Part shown: piece after piece, positions 27,896-36,663 of the stretch
Layout of the letters: each line of letters begins with the position of its first letter
Numbering within the stretch: the first letter of the stretch is position 1
Origin: a phage
DNA: 64,000 nucleotides
Assembly (NCBI GenBank): GCA_014437165.1
Contig: GCA_014437165.1_4090.3
Strand: one strand, 5' to 3'
Position numbers and translations under genes: made by a program
Notes under the pieces: model-generated
Told to the model about the DNA's origin: nothing
What the model saw: the letters and a program-made list of their open reading frames with translations, nothing else
The model's database searches: none

Positions 27896-27925
27896 CAGTA
27901 CTATTGACATAGTTTGATAGTACTG
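27896..27925 (+). promoter_or_regulatory. promoter with operator-like palindrome CAGTACTAT-TGACA..TTG-ATAGTACTG spanning the -35 and spacer
   Basis: near-identical copies at 30405-30434 and 38799-38828. Confidence 0.55.
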
Positions 27926-27975
27926 GCATAATAGATTTTATCAAGACGACACATATTAATTTAAGGAATACTAAA

Positions 27976-28299
27976 ATGGCTAAAACTATCATCAACACCG
28001 TTTCCCTGGCTGCAATCCATGCAATCAATGTTGACGGTAAACGTTGGACTGATTCATATGGCAATACTTATCATTCTTGTCATGTAAGCGTTGAACTGGA
28101 TAACGGCTTGAATGATCTGGCGGTTGAATCATTTACTTATGGCTATGAGGATGCATATCAACAAACGGCGGTATCACTCTTAAAGGAATCAGTAGACGGG
28201 CTTGATACTGTTGAAACCTCCCTCTATCGTTTGTGCAATGATCTTAATATCCCGTTGCATTGTACTGTACAGAATGTTAAACGCAAAAAAGATCTTTAA
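27976..28299 (+). CDS. hypothetical protein; paralog of 34344-34667
   Basis: shared …RWTDxxGNTYHSCxVS…ETFTYGY…VKRKKD. Confidence 0.65.
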   Translation: MAKTIINTVSLAAIHAINVDGKRWTDSYGNTYHSCHVSVELDNGLNDLAVESFTYGYEDAYQQTAVSLLKESVDGLDTVETSLYRLCNDLNIPLHCTVQNVKRKKDL

Positions 28300-28379
28300 T
28301 TAGCTTTACTTTATGCAGATACTTTGATATAGTGTCTGCATAGGAGAAAGAAATTAAATCAACTTAAGAGGATAGTAAA

Positions 28380-28649
28380 ATGAAAAATATCAGTACTTTA
28401 ATCGATGCAGGTACACATGTTCGTCGGTCTATGGTTGCAACCAGTTCTACAAAACAAGTACCAAGCGGTTATCTTGTATTTGTGCACGATGGAAAACTCC
28501 TGGAACGTTCAATCAATTTTGATGTTAAAAACAATTGCCGTTTTATTATCTTTCGCCGTGAACAATATAAAATTGATTTGCCAGCGAAGCCCATTAGCGG
28601 GGCGTACAACGTGCAATCATTGTTTGAGCGTCAACCATACACCTATTGA
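28380..28649 (+). CDS. hypothetical protein (89 aa)
   Basis: SD AAGAGGA. Confidence 0.55.
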   Translation: MKNISTLIDAGTHVRRSMVATSSTKQVPSGYLVFVHDGKLLERSINFDVKNNCRFIIFRREQYKIDLPAKPISGAYNVQSLFERQPYTY

Positions 28650-28700
28650 TCAAATCATCGTCAGTGGTCGATTTAGGCCGCTTATATTGGGGATTATACC

Positions 28701-29069
28701 ATGAACGTTAATCAAGTACTGAATGAGATCGAAAGCATCATTAAACCGATGAAGCGTACTGATGCTATGTTAACACCGGAAGAATGCCGCCTTTATGAGC
28801 GTTACAGCGTCGAACAAGTCCAGGCAATGGCTAGTATCCTTCCGGTTAGTAGTACTGCTAAAGGTGGCCCAGGTTTAACCGTACAGGATAAAATCGATCT
28901 CCTTAAGCTCAATGGCTATGTAGTTGATGTCGATAAAGAAAAAGTAATGGTATATGATAGTAGTATTGAGCAAGACTATTATAACTATTGCATGATTGAA
29001 AATGATCCTATTGATTCTATCATTGAAAATATGGTTAACAAAGCATTAAAAGATTTAGATTTAGTTTGA
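28701..29069 (+). CDS. hypothetical protein (122 aa)
   Basis: ORF with ATG start. Confidence 0.55.
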   Translation: MNVNQVLNEIESIIKPMKRTDAMLTPEECRLYERYSVEQVQAMASILPVSSTAKGGPGLTVQDKIDLLKLNGYVVDVDKEKVMVYDSSIEQDYYNYCMIENDPIDSIIENMVNKALKDLDLV

Positions 29070-29143
29070 CAGTACTGTAAAAAGGCGTATAATGTTTTAC
29101 ATAGAGGGGGGAAATGGTTCTCCCCAATAACAGGAGATACAAA

Positions 29144-29296
29144 ATGAAACAATACAACGCTCGGTTTGATGTTACTATCGGTAACGGCAAAGGTCAATTC
29201 TCTTTCAGTACTCGACGCAGTTATACAGAAAACTTCCTGCGTAATTGTGCACTGACCGCCGCACAAATTAAACATTACTTTCAGGCTAAAAAATGA
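29144..29296 (+). CDS. hypothetical small protein (50 aa)
   Basis: ATG 29144 after SD CAGGAGA. Confidence 0.5.
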   Translation: MKQYNARFDVTIGNGKGQFSFSTRRSYTENFLRNCALTAAQIKHYFQAKK

Positions 29297-29382
29297 AATC
29301 ATTAGCTTATTACAGTTCGGCCCTGGTCGGTGCATTGATCGCGGCGTTGTTAGTAACCTATCTATTCTTTATGGTGATTTAA
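29293..29382 (+). CDS. hydrophobic micro-protein (29 aa, single TM: MKSLAYYSSALVGALIAALLVTYLFFMVI)
   Basis: ATGA overlap with previous stop; below track cutoff. Confidence 0.4.
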   Translation: MKSLAYYSSALVGALIAALLVTYLFFMVI

Positions 29383-29517
29383 ATGAATCCTAACGGTATA
29401 GTTTACAGTACTCCTAAAACTAAAGCAGATAAAGCTAAAGCACGTAAAGCGAAAGTACAGGAATACATCAAGCAAGGCATGACACGAAAGGCCGCAGTAC
29501 TTAAAGCTAAAAAATAA
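29383..29517 (+). CDS. small basic protein (44 aa, Lys/Ala-rich)
   Basis: ATG immediately after previous stop. Confidence 0.4.
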   Translation: MNPNGIVYSTPKTKADKAKARKAKVQEYIKQGMTRKAAVLKAKK

Positions 29518-29742
29518 ATGAAAAAAGTGGTTGACTTCGGTCAGCCATTTTGTTATTATATAATCATTGAGAGATAGCTCACTAGCCCACAGGGTGCAGG
29601 AGTGTATCTATTGTATAATGTTTGAGTACTGAAAACTATTTTAAAGTATTTGATAAAAAGTACTTGCAAACTATCTCAATAAGCGTATAATGTTTTACAT
29701 CGAAAGGGGAAACGGTTTCCCCTAGTAATAAGGAAACGAATC

Positions 29743-30084
29743 ATGACTATCTCAATTGCTCAATCTAACTTTGAAAACGAAATCATCGCCCAGGCACTGC
29801 GTTTAAATGATGGTCGGGCCGAAATCAATTACGGTTTCAATTCAGGCGGTTGTGAAAACTATCAGTACTTTGTAACGGCTGATGGCTGTGTCCTGGGCAT
29901 CAATACAGTTATTGTAAACATTCAGAAAATTAATTTCAATGATCCAGACGATAGCCAGTTTTACATTGTAGGCGTAGACGTGAATTATGAGGATGATTCA
30001 CTAACTGATGATCACACTGGCGAGAAGTTAGAAAGTGCATACGGTGAAGATGATTATCAGTCCGGTCCAGAAGATTTCGAATAA
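29743..30084 (+). CDS. hypothetical acidic protein (113 aa)
   Basis: cassette + SD AAGGAAA. Confidence 0.6.
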   Translation: MTISIAQSNFENEIIAQALRLNDGRAEINYGFNSGGCENYQYFVTADGCVLGINTVIVNIQKINFNDPDDSQFYIVGVDVNYEDDSLTDDHTGEKLESAYGEDDYQSGPEDFE

Positions 30085-30179
30085 TATAAAAAAAATAGTT
30101 TGACAATAGATTATAGTACTGTATAATAAGTTACATGAAGGGGAGAAATGATTCTCCCCACTAACAGAGAGAAAACAAA

Positions 30180-30392
30180 ATGGCTAATATCTGCACTGTA
30201 CTGAAAAATGCAAAACAAGTTTTATTTTCTGATCACGATCATTTAAACAAGGATATTACTGGCGTTCGGAATATCAAAGATGTAAAAAGTGTTATGGGTA
30301 TCTATTGCAATATGAAACGTGTTGGAACGTTCGGCGATAAAGTACTATACCAGGCAGGGGATTACAATTTTACACTGACTATTATTAACTAA
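30180..30392 (+). CDS. hypothetical protein (70 aa)
   Basis: cassette + SD. Confidence 0.55.
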   Translation: MANICTVLKNAKQVLFSDHDHLNKDITGVRNIKDVKSVMGIYCNMKRVGTFGDKVLYQAGDYNFTLTIIN

Positions 30393-30404
30393 AAAATATT
30401 ATCA

Positions 30405-30434
30405 CAGTACTATTGACACTGATTGATAGTACTG
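30405..30434 (+). promoter_or_regulatory. promoter with operator-like palindrome (copy 2)
   Basis: CAGTACTATTGACACTGATTGATAGTACTG then GCATAATA. Confidence 0.55.
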
Positions 30435-30475
30435 GCATAATAACTTTTATCAACTACACTACTAAGGAATTAAAA

Positions 30476-30655
30476 ATGGCTATCATCGCAAAAACTGAAA
30501 TCATCGGCCTGGATTCTATCATCATGTCGTTTGAAGATCAAAAAGGTATGTATGTAGTTTCCTATGGTGATTATGTTCGGGAGTATGAAACGGTAGACGA
30601 AGCCTTTGAAAGTTACATTCGCCAGGTGAATAAAGCATACGACGATTACCGCTAA
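30476..30655 (+). CDS. hypothetical protein (59 aa)
   Basis: ATG 30476 after SD AAGGAA. Confidence 0.5.
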   Translation: MAIIAKTEIIGLDSIIMSFEDQKGMYVVSYGDYVREYETVDEAFESYIRQVNKAYDDYR

Positions 30656-30754
30656 AATATATTACCAGTACTATTAAAGATATTGACAACGTTTGATAGT
30701 ACTGTATAATAAGTTTTATAAACAGTAGTTAACTTAACCTAAGAGAGAAACAAA

Positions 30755-30898
30755 ATGATCGCACTGGATTCATTCATCGACGCAGTACTGGCAAAAACTG
30801 GCGAGGATCTTACAGCAGAACAATACGCAATGATCGAGCAATGCCAGCAAGACGGTAAATCGGTGAAAGATACTGTTAAGATTATCCGCAAGATGTAA
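30755..30898 (+). CDS. hypothetical small protein (47 aa)
   Basis: SD AGAGAGAAA; followed by terminator 30905-30933. Confidence 0.45.
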   Translation: MIALDSFIDAVLAKTGEDLTAEQYAMIEQCQQDGKSVKDTVKIIRKM

Positions 30899-30904
30899 GA
30901 TTAT

Positions 30905-30933
30905 AGCCCACTGGTTAACGCTGGTGGGCTTTA
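30905..30933 (+). terminator. hairpin AGCCCACTGG..CTGGTGGGCT + TTTAATT
   Basis: stem-loop after stop. Confidence 0.5.
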
Positions 30934-31003
30934 ATTCATTACCCTATACAATGCCAGTACTAAACCGTTTATCTCGTTAGAATGCGTTACAGGACGTTTA
31001 ACA

Positions 31004-31201
31004 ATGATTAGCATGAAATCAGTACAAAAACAAATAGAAACATTATCAAAAATTAAACGTAAACAGTACTCCTTAGAATATACAATCAATGGTAACTATC
31101 ATCTAATGAAAGAGAATAATTTTATAGTCATTGATGAATCATTGCAAATCATTAGTATAGTACTGAAAGCATTAATCAATGACAGAAAAAAATTAAAATA
31201 A
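31004..31201 (+). CDS. hypothetical protein (65 aa)
   Basis: ORF with ATG start. Confidence 0.45.
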   Translation: MISMKSVQKQIETLSKIKRKQYSLEYTINGNYHLMKENNFIVIDESLQIISIVLKALINDRKKLK

Positions 31202-31532
31202 ACTATTGACAATATCATCAAGTACTGGCATAATACTTACATCAAGACGAGAACGTCACTAACCCATAGGGTGCACAAATGTAACTGTATAATATTGATC
31301 AAAAAATGATCTGATCAATACTTGATCAATTTGCGTAAAGTAGTATAATTCTATGCAGTTGGTTAGACGAAAGGTTATGATTAGTAGTGCAAGTGTATAA
31401 AAATTTTCATGGTGTATCGTTTCGCACATATGGGGATGAATATGTGGTATCATGTGGATTGGAAAAAGTAAGAACAAGTAATATTATTGTCGCATTACAG
31501 TACTATAGTATTTTTATAATGAGGTTAAAATA

Positions 31533-31790
31533 ATGGCTGTAGGATTCGCGAAAGATGGGGCCGAACAAGACGAGATTAACGCAGTGATTCAGGCCGCCGT
31601 TAACCACGCTAGAAAGCAAATTAACGCACAAATAGAATCACTGATACATTGCCTCGACTGCGGCGATATAATCCCTGAGAATCGACGCCAGGCCGTTAAG
31701 GGATGTAAGTACTGCATAACTTGCCAGGAGGATCATGATAGTACTTTTAAACGTCCCCCGCGTAATTGTTGGCATAGATCTATGAGATAA
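31533..31790 (+). CDS. DksA/TraR-family C4 zinc-finger protein
   Basis: C-x2-C-G-x2-I-P-x2-R-R-x-A…C-x2-C-Q pattern (CLDCGDIIPENRRQAVKGCKYCITCQ). Confidence 0.7.
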   Translation: MAVGFAKDGAEQDEINAVIQAAVNHARKQINAQIESLIHCLDCGDIIPENRRQAVKGCKYCITCQEDHDSTFKRPPRNCWHRSMR

Positions 31791-31853
31791 AAAGTATTGA
31801 CAGTACTGAAAGATAGTGTATAATATTTTATATCTTAACTGAGGATTGAAATC

Positions 31854-32210
31854 ATGGGAATACAACATATCACGCGTACTACTGACAATGGCGAGATCAC
31901 TGGCTATCAAGTACAGGGCAAAGTAGCACAATTGCAGTACTGGTTTGTTAAACGTGGAATCATTGCACCGGATCTTGATTATGACCGTGTAGCGTTTATT
32001 GATTCTCTTTATGTTGATCCTGATAGTCGGGGCAATGGTGAAGGTAACGAATTAATGAATGCCTTTATTGATGCCGCCGATGATTCAGATTGTATCATTT
32101 TAGAATGCGATACGGGAGAAGATAACGCCTTTAATCTTAAAGAATGGTACGAAGGTTTCGGATTCGAGGTACTGATCGATAGTGAATATCCTATCATGAT
32201 TTTATCATAG
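31854..32210 (+). CDS. probable small GNAT-fold acetyltransferase-like protein
   Basis: motif-A-like V.P..RG.G.G..L segment (YVDPDSRGNGEGNELMNAF). Confidence 0.45.
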   Translation: MGIQHITRTTDNGEITGYQVQGKVAQLQYWFVKRGIIAPDLDYDRVAFIDSLYVDPDSRGNGEGNELMNAFIDAADDSDCIILECDTGEDNAFNLKEWYEGFGFEVLIDSEYPIMILS

Positions 32211-32288
32211 TACTTGCATTTAGTTTTCAGTACTGTTATAGTACTTACATCAAGGGGAAACATCTTCCCCTACTAAGAGGAAATAAAA

Positions 32289-32477
32289 ATGGAAAACTTA
32301 TCAAGTATTTTAGTACAAGATGATTTCGGTAATCCTGGAAGTGCTATCATTGTTCGGGGTAATAAAGCAACGTTTGTTATTGCTGGTGGACCTGTACAGC
32401 GTAGCATTAAAAATAATGCTGTTACCATTAATAATGTACGCTATCGCTTAGATAAAGAATTGATTCATAAACTTTAA
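32289..32477 (+). CDS. hypothetical protein (62 aa)
   Basis: cassette + SD GAGGAAA. Confidence 0.55.
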   Translation: MENLSSILVQDDFGNPGSAIIVRGNKATFVIAGGPVQRSIKNNAVTINNVRYRLDKELIHKL

Positions 32478-32561
32478 AAAGTATTTGACAATAGATTATA
32501 GTACTGTATAATAAGTTACATGAAGGGGAGAAATGATTCTCCCCACTAAGAGGAAAGAAAA

Positions 32562-32774
32562 ATGCAAGGTCAACTAATCGTTCGTAAATGGTCTGATACT
32601 AACGAAAAACCGTGGGATGTACAATACATCGGACCGGATGGGGTATCACGTTATCAGCCTGGCGTAACGCATAGTACTGAGCAATTTGCCAACGCTCACC
32701 GCGAACGCCTGTTAGAATCCATGAAACAGGGATTCTGTGAAAAATTCATTCAAGATCATTGGCTGAAAGATTAA
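32562..32774 (+). CDS. hypothetical protein (70 aa)
   Basis: cassette + SD. Confidence 0.55.
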   Translation: MQGQLIVRKWSDTNEKPWDVQYIGPDGVSRYQPGVTHSTEQFANAHRERLLESMKQGFCEKFIQDHWLKD

Positions 32775-32791
32775 TATAAGGAGTACAGCTT

Positions 32792-32884
32792 ATGCAAATG
32801 AATCCGATGATTATTGTTTTAGCTGTACTTATGATCATTCATGCAATAGTAGAAGTATTAACGCAATCAGGAGTAATAAAATGA
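32792..32884 (+). CDS. hydrophobic micro-protein (30 aa, single TM)
   Basis: SD AAGGAG; MQMNPMIIVLAVLMIIHAIVEVL…. Confidence 0.4.
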   Translation: MQMNPMIIVLAVLMIIHAIVEVLTQSGVIK

Positions 32885-33054
32885 TCCAAGTAGAATTATC
32901 AGTACTGAAAGATCTGTTTTATCGGTTAGGTACTAATGGCGAGTATCCTAAAAGTGATACCGCAAAACTTTTTGTATCACTCGACTTATGGCAACGCGAA
33001 CAATTAGTAATGTCCTGGCGTAAAGGTAAAGAAGATAGCGAGGTGAAAGCATGA
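32881..33054 (+). CDS. hypothetical small protein (57 aa)
   Basis: ATGA coupling. Confidence 0.4.
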   Translation: MIQVELSVLKDLFYRLGTNGEYPKSDTAKLFVSLDLWQREQLVMSWRKGKEDSEVKA

Positions 33055-33200
33055 AAGAATTCTTATTCGAAGTAGTGTTTCAAGGTGTCGGTAGCAACCA
33101 ACTGATTCGCTCAAGTGGTTACAATGTTAACCAGGCATGGAATAACATTAAACAAATGTACCCGAACGCTATCACCTATCGCAACCCGAAACAAGTTTAA
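33051..33200 (+). CDS. hypothetical small protein (49 aa)
   Basis: ATGA coupling; followed by terminator/repeat element. Confidence 0.4.
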   Translation: MKEFLFEVVFQGVGSNQLIRSSGYNVNQAWNNIKQMYPNAITYRNPKQV

Positions 33201-33514
33201 AAATAATTGAAAAAGGGATTGACTCCGGTCAGTCCCTTTGCTATTATATACGCATAGAAACAAATCAGCCCACAGGGTGCATAAATGTATCTATTGTTTG
33301 CTGGTGGCTAGTACTGAAAACTATTTTTAAAAAGTACTTGCATTGTACTTAGAATCAAGTATAATATTTTACATCAGGACGGGGAACGAAACAAGTAACC
33401 CCGTTAAGTAGTCCAGGAGTAAGACATAAGAAAACCTCCCCTGATAAAATAGTTTGACAATAGAAAGTAAACGAGTATAATACTTACATCAACCACTGAT
33501 AAGGAAACATTAAA

Positions 33515-33790
33515 ATGCGGATTCTACTGACAGCTAACGAAATCGAACAAGTACTGACTACTAACCTGGAAGACTGGAAACGTGAAGCAGATATCCAGGC
33601 GGTTCAATGGCTTAACGATAAGTTAACGCCGGATGACTTAAGCAAGATTGTAGATCCTCAATTCTACGAAGATATTCACGACACCGCGTTAAGCGTCGAG
33701 GATGTACTTGATAAGCACTACATTGATATTGATTTGCAGGTTTACGGTCGTAAAAACTTTATCACTATTCACGACATTTACAATAATTAA
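33515..33790 (+). CDS. hypothetical acidic protein (91 aa)
   Basis: preceded by structured leader repeat 33371-33490. Confidence 0.6.
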   Translation: MRILLTANEIEQVLTTNLEDWKREADIQAVQWLNDKLTPDDLSKIVDPQFYEDIHDTALSVEDVLDKHYIDIDLQVYGRKNFITIHDIYNN

Positions 33791-33851
33791 GTATTGACAA
33801 AGTATCTTAGTACTGTATAATAGTTTACATCTTAATTAAAAAGGAAACATC

Positions 33852-33986
33852 ATGAAAGCGAACAAAGCAGCAAAGAAACAAACCAATCCCCTGGCTGGCT
33901 GGAAGTTAGATTTATCCGATGAAGTAGTTTGCACAAATAAGAATGTAGTTGAAGCTGAAAAGAAATTACGAAAAGAAAACAAATAA
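33852..33986 (+). CDS. hypothetical small basic protein (44 aa)
   Basis: promoter + SD AAGGAAA. Confidence 0.4.
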   Translation: MKANKAAKKQTNPLAGWKLDLSDEVVCTNKNVVEAEKKLRKENK

Positions 33987-34071
33987 GTATTGACAAAGTA
34001 TCTTAGTACTGTATAATAGTTTACATCAAGGGGGGAATGGTTCCCCTCCTAACAAAGAGAGAGAAATAAAA

Positions 34072-34254
34072 ATGGCTAAGTGCACTATCTGCAAGAAAGA
34101 AATAGTATTAGTTCCAAGTGCCCGTGAACGTGCCGCTCGGTTCGGTGGCAAAGCGTCAGACTATACAAAAATGTTTACTACCCATGCAGCTTGCCAGGTA
34201 GCAAAACGTTCACAAGAAAGCGTAGAATTAATGCGTAAACTTTCCAAAAAATAA
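34072..34254 (+). CDS. hypothetical protein (60 aa)
   Basis: cassette + SD. Confidence 0.5.
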   Translation: MAKCTICKKEIVLVPSARERAARFGGKASDYTKMFTTHAACQVAKRSQESVELMRKLSKK

Positions 34255-34343
34255 GTATTGACAAAGTATCTTAGTACTGTATAATAGTTTACATCAAGCG
34301 AGGGGAATGGTTCCCCTCCTAACTAAAAGAGAGAGAAATAAAA

Positions 34344-34667
34344 ATGGCTATGATCCTTACCCAGAAAGTAGAACTGAAAATTGTAACCTCCTTTGACATT
34401 AAAGTTAATCGCTGGACTGATCGGAACGGTAACACTTACCACTCTTGCTACGTGTCCGCGTTAATTGGCGACCGCTGGGAAGACTTGGGACATGAAACCT
34501 TTACTTACGGTTACGGTACACAAGGAGAATACACGGGCTTGGAGATCATTAAAGAAACCGTTATAGGTTTCAACCCGAAAGAAAAAGTTATTCACCGCAT
34601 CGAAAAAGAGATTAACAAAGAAATAACAGTTCGCTACTACGATGTAAAACGTAAGAAAGACATGTAA
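34344..34667 (+). CDS. hypothetical protein; paralog of 27976-28299
   Basis: shared motifs. Confidence 0.65.
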   Translation: MAMILTQKVELKIVTSFDIKVNRWTDRNGNTYHSCYVSALIGDRWEDLGHETFTYGYGTQGEYTGLEIIKETVIGFNPKEKVIHRIEKEINKEITVRYYDVKRKKDM

Positions 34668-34762
34668 TAGAATCCATTTAAAGTACTATTTGACATTGCC
34701 CAGATAGTACTTTATAATAGACTCTAACTTGTAGTACTAACTCAACTAATAGGATGTATACC

Positions 34763-35158
34763 ATGATTACTAAATTCTACGCTACCCGTGAAGCTGCCCG
34801 TATTGTTGCACGCGAGGAAGGAGCAGCATTTAAAGACATGGGCAAAGATGCACCGAAAGGTCAACGCTGGGCCGTACAGTTCAAAGAAATCTCTGATATC
34901 GTGAATTCACCGGAGCCAGTACTAACAGCAGCAGAACTAAAACGAGCGGATTTACTGGCGGCAGTACTTAACGCACAAGATGAATTTATCGCTGATTCTG
35001 ATATCAAAGTACAGACAAACCATACCGCTTGGACTCACGCGGATCACCTGGCAAACCTTAAGCGTCCAAGTGAACTGGTTCGCAACCAGAAAGAGATCCG
35101 ACACGACCGTAAGGGTAATCGTGTAACAGTATACAGTAAACGCCGCCAGGTTATCTAA
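34763..35158 (+). CDS. hypothetical protein; paralog of 22284-22550
   Basis: F.TRE.ARI.AR..GA.FKDMG…HDRKGNRVTVYS shared. Confidence 0.6.
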   Translation: MITKFYATREAARIVAREEGAAFKDMGKDAPKGQRWAVQFKEISDIVNSPEPVLTAAELKRADLLAAVLNAQDEFIADSDIKVQTNHTAWTHADHLANLKRPSELVRNQKEIRHDRKGNRVTVYSKRRQVI

Positions 35159-35180
35159 TAACTTGCAGTACTAACAACAC

Positions 35181-35205
35181 GGCGGGATCAGTTCCCGCCT
35201 TTTTT
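35181..35205 (+). terminator. intrinsic terminator GGCGGGATCAGTTCCCGCC + TTTTTT
   Basis: hairpin + T-run. Confidence 0.7.
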
Positions 35206-35220
35206 ATAGGATAAACTAAA

Positions 35221-35475
35221 ATGATTAAGGTACAACTATCTAAAGATAATATCTTGCGGGTACACTATAAAGCACCACAGAGAATCATCACAAAGGCCGT
35301 ACAGCTTGCTAATGAGTTTATTAATGGTAACCTATTACCAAGGAAGTTAAGCAACGGAAAACTGCGTGTAATCGATGTAGACACTAACAACAGAATAGTA
35401 ATTGAGAACACAGGAAAGATAAACCTATATGAACACCAACAATATAATAAGAAAATAAAACTAATATCACGTTGA
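35221..35475 (+). CDS. hypothetical protein (84 aa)
   Basis: SD AGGATAAA. Confidence 0.55.
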   Translation: MIKVQLSKDNILRVHYKAPQRIITKAVQLANEFINGNLLPRKLSNGKLRVIDVDTNNRIVIENTGKINLYEHQQYNKKIKLISR

Positions 35476-35528
35476 CAGTACTCAATTGTTTTAGTATTAT
35501 GTACACATACCAACACGGGAGAAACAAA

Positions 35529-35747
35529 ATGAAATTATCTAAAATCGAAAAGAAAACTATTGATGAAGCAGTTAAGCACGGTTATACCTTTCGTAATGAT
35601 TCACATTTTACCAATTTTCAACAAGGCCAAAGGACTATTAAAAAACTAATTGACAAAGGTTTATTAGTTAAAGTAGATAACGGTAACGGCATTGAGTATC
35701 AGCCAACCCAAGACGCATTATCTTTAAAGAAATATGCAATTATCTAA
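35529..35747 (+). CDS. hypothetical protein; paralog of 35805-36047
   Basis: identical promoter/leader sequence; ATG after GGGAGAAA. Confidence 0.55.
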   Translation: MKLSKIEKKTIDEAVKHGYTFRNDSHFTNFQQGQRTIKKLIDKGLLVKVDNGNGIEYQPTQDALSLKKYAII

Positions 35748-35804
35748 TTGACAGTACTCAAATGTTTTAGTACTATATGTACATACCAACACGGGGAAAA
35801 CAAA

Positions 35805-36047
35805 ATGATTACTTTAGAAAAACGTATCAAAGAAACTACATCGCTGGTGGAACTGTTAACAGTACTGAAATGCCGTACTACTCGGTTTAGTACACCGGAC
35901 TTTATTAATATGGTTGATGTTAACGGTCGTTATCGCATTGCAGTAGAACAAGGAACAGCGAAAGTATTCAGTACTAAAAACACTAAGGAAGTGATTCACG
36001 CTGTAAGTGTTAAAAAAGTAGTTGCCATTGATAGTAAAGTACTGTAA
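35805..36047 (+). CDS. hypothetical protein; paralog of 35529-35747
   Basis: duplicated promoter TTGACAGTACTCAAtTGTTTTAGTA-TAT…. Confidence 0.55.
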   Translation: MITLEKRIKETTSLVELLTVLKCRTTRFSTPDFINMVDVNGRYRIAVEQGTAKVFSTKNTKEVIHAVSVKKVVAIDSKVL

Positions 36048-36078
36048 GATAGTTTCATTAACTCAAGGAGAACATGCA

Positions 36079-36663
36079 ATGCGTAATTATACTAAATTCA
36101 TCCGTACCCTGTCAGAAATGGAAACCAACAAAGAGATCCTTTCAGCTTGTCGGTTAGCTGGTCTGGAGATCATCGGTGCGGGTTCTTCCCGTATTGTATT
36201 CGCTTTAAATGATCGGTTAGTGATCAAGGTCGCGAATTGTGATGCGGGTGTAGAACAAAATGAAACTGAATGTAAGGTATGGAATTTTTTAGATTATGAC
36301 CGCCCTCAATTGAAACAGTACTTTGCAAAGGTGCATATGCATTTATGCGATCCTGATAATATGTTTATCGTTATGGATCGGTTGAGTACTGCAAGTAAAG
36401 GCAGTGTAAAGCACGTAAACGCGTGCAATGAATTAAAGTACAATATTAAACGTAATGCCATTGAACGCCAGCACCGCTTTGCTGATGCACTACAACACGT
36501 TGATGATACATTATCAACACTAACGATAAGAGATATCAGAAAACAGAATATCGGCCAGGATCGTAATGGCCTTATTAAAGTACTTGATTACGGTTTAACC
36601 CGCAATATCTGGAATCAGTACTATAAAAAGCGTGATGTAGAAGCAAGTAAGGTAACACGATAA
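36079..36663 (+). CDS. minimal protein-kinase-like protein
   Basis: G-loop IGAGSSRIVF, LVIKVA lysine, catalytic-loop-like IRDIRKQNIG, DFG-like KVLDYG; SD AAGGAGA. Confidence 0.6.
   Translation: MRNYTKFIRTLSEMETNKEILSACRLAGLEIIGAGSSRIVFALNDRLVIKVANCDAGVEQNETECKVWNFLDYDRPQLKQYFAKVHMHLCDPDNMFIVMDRLSTASKGSVKHVNACNELKYNIKRNAIERQHRFADALQHVDDTLSTLTIRDIRKQNIGQDRNGLIKVLDYGLTRNIWNQYYKKRDVEASKVTR

Noticed and set aside
27630-28064. 144-aa minus-strand ORF spanning two plus-strand cassette genes
   Set aside because: It overlaps promoters, hairpins and two well-supported plus-strand genes; no minus-strand signals.
31259-31477. 72-aa minus-strand ORF in the GATC-rich gene-free segment
   Set aside because: No SD or promoter; His/Pro-rich low-complexity product; the region is more plausibly regulatory.
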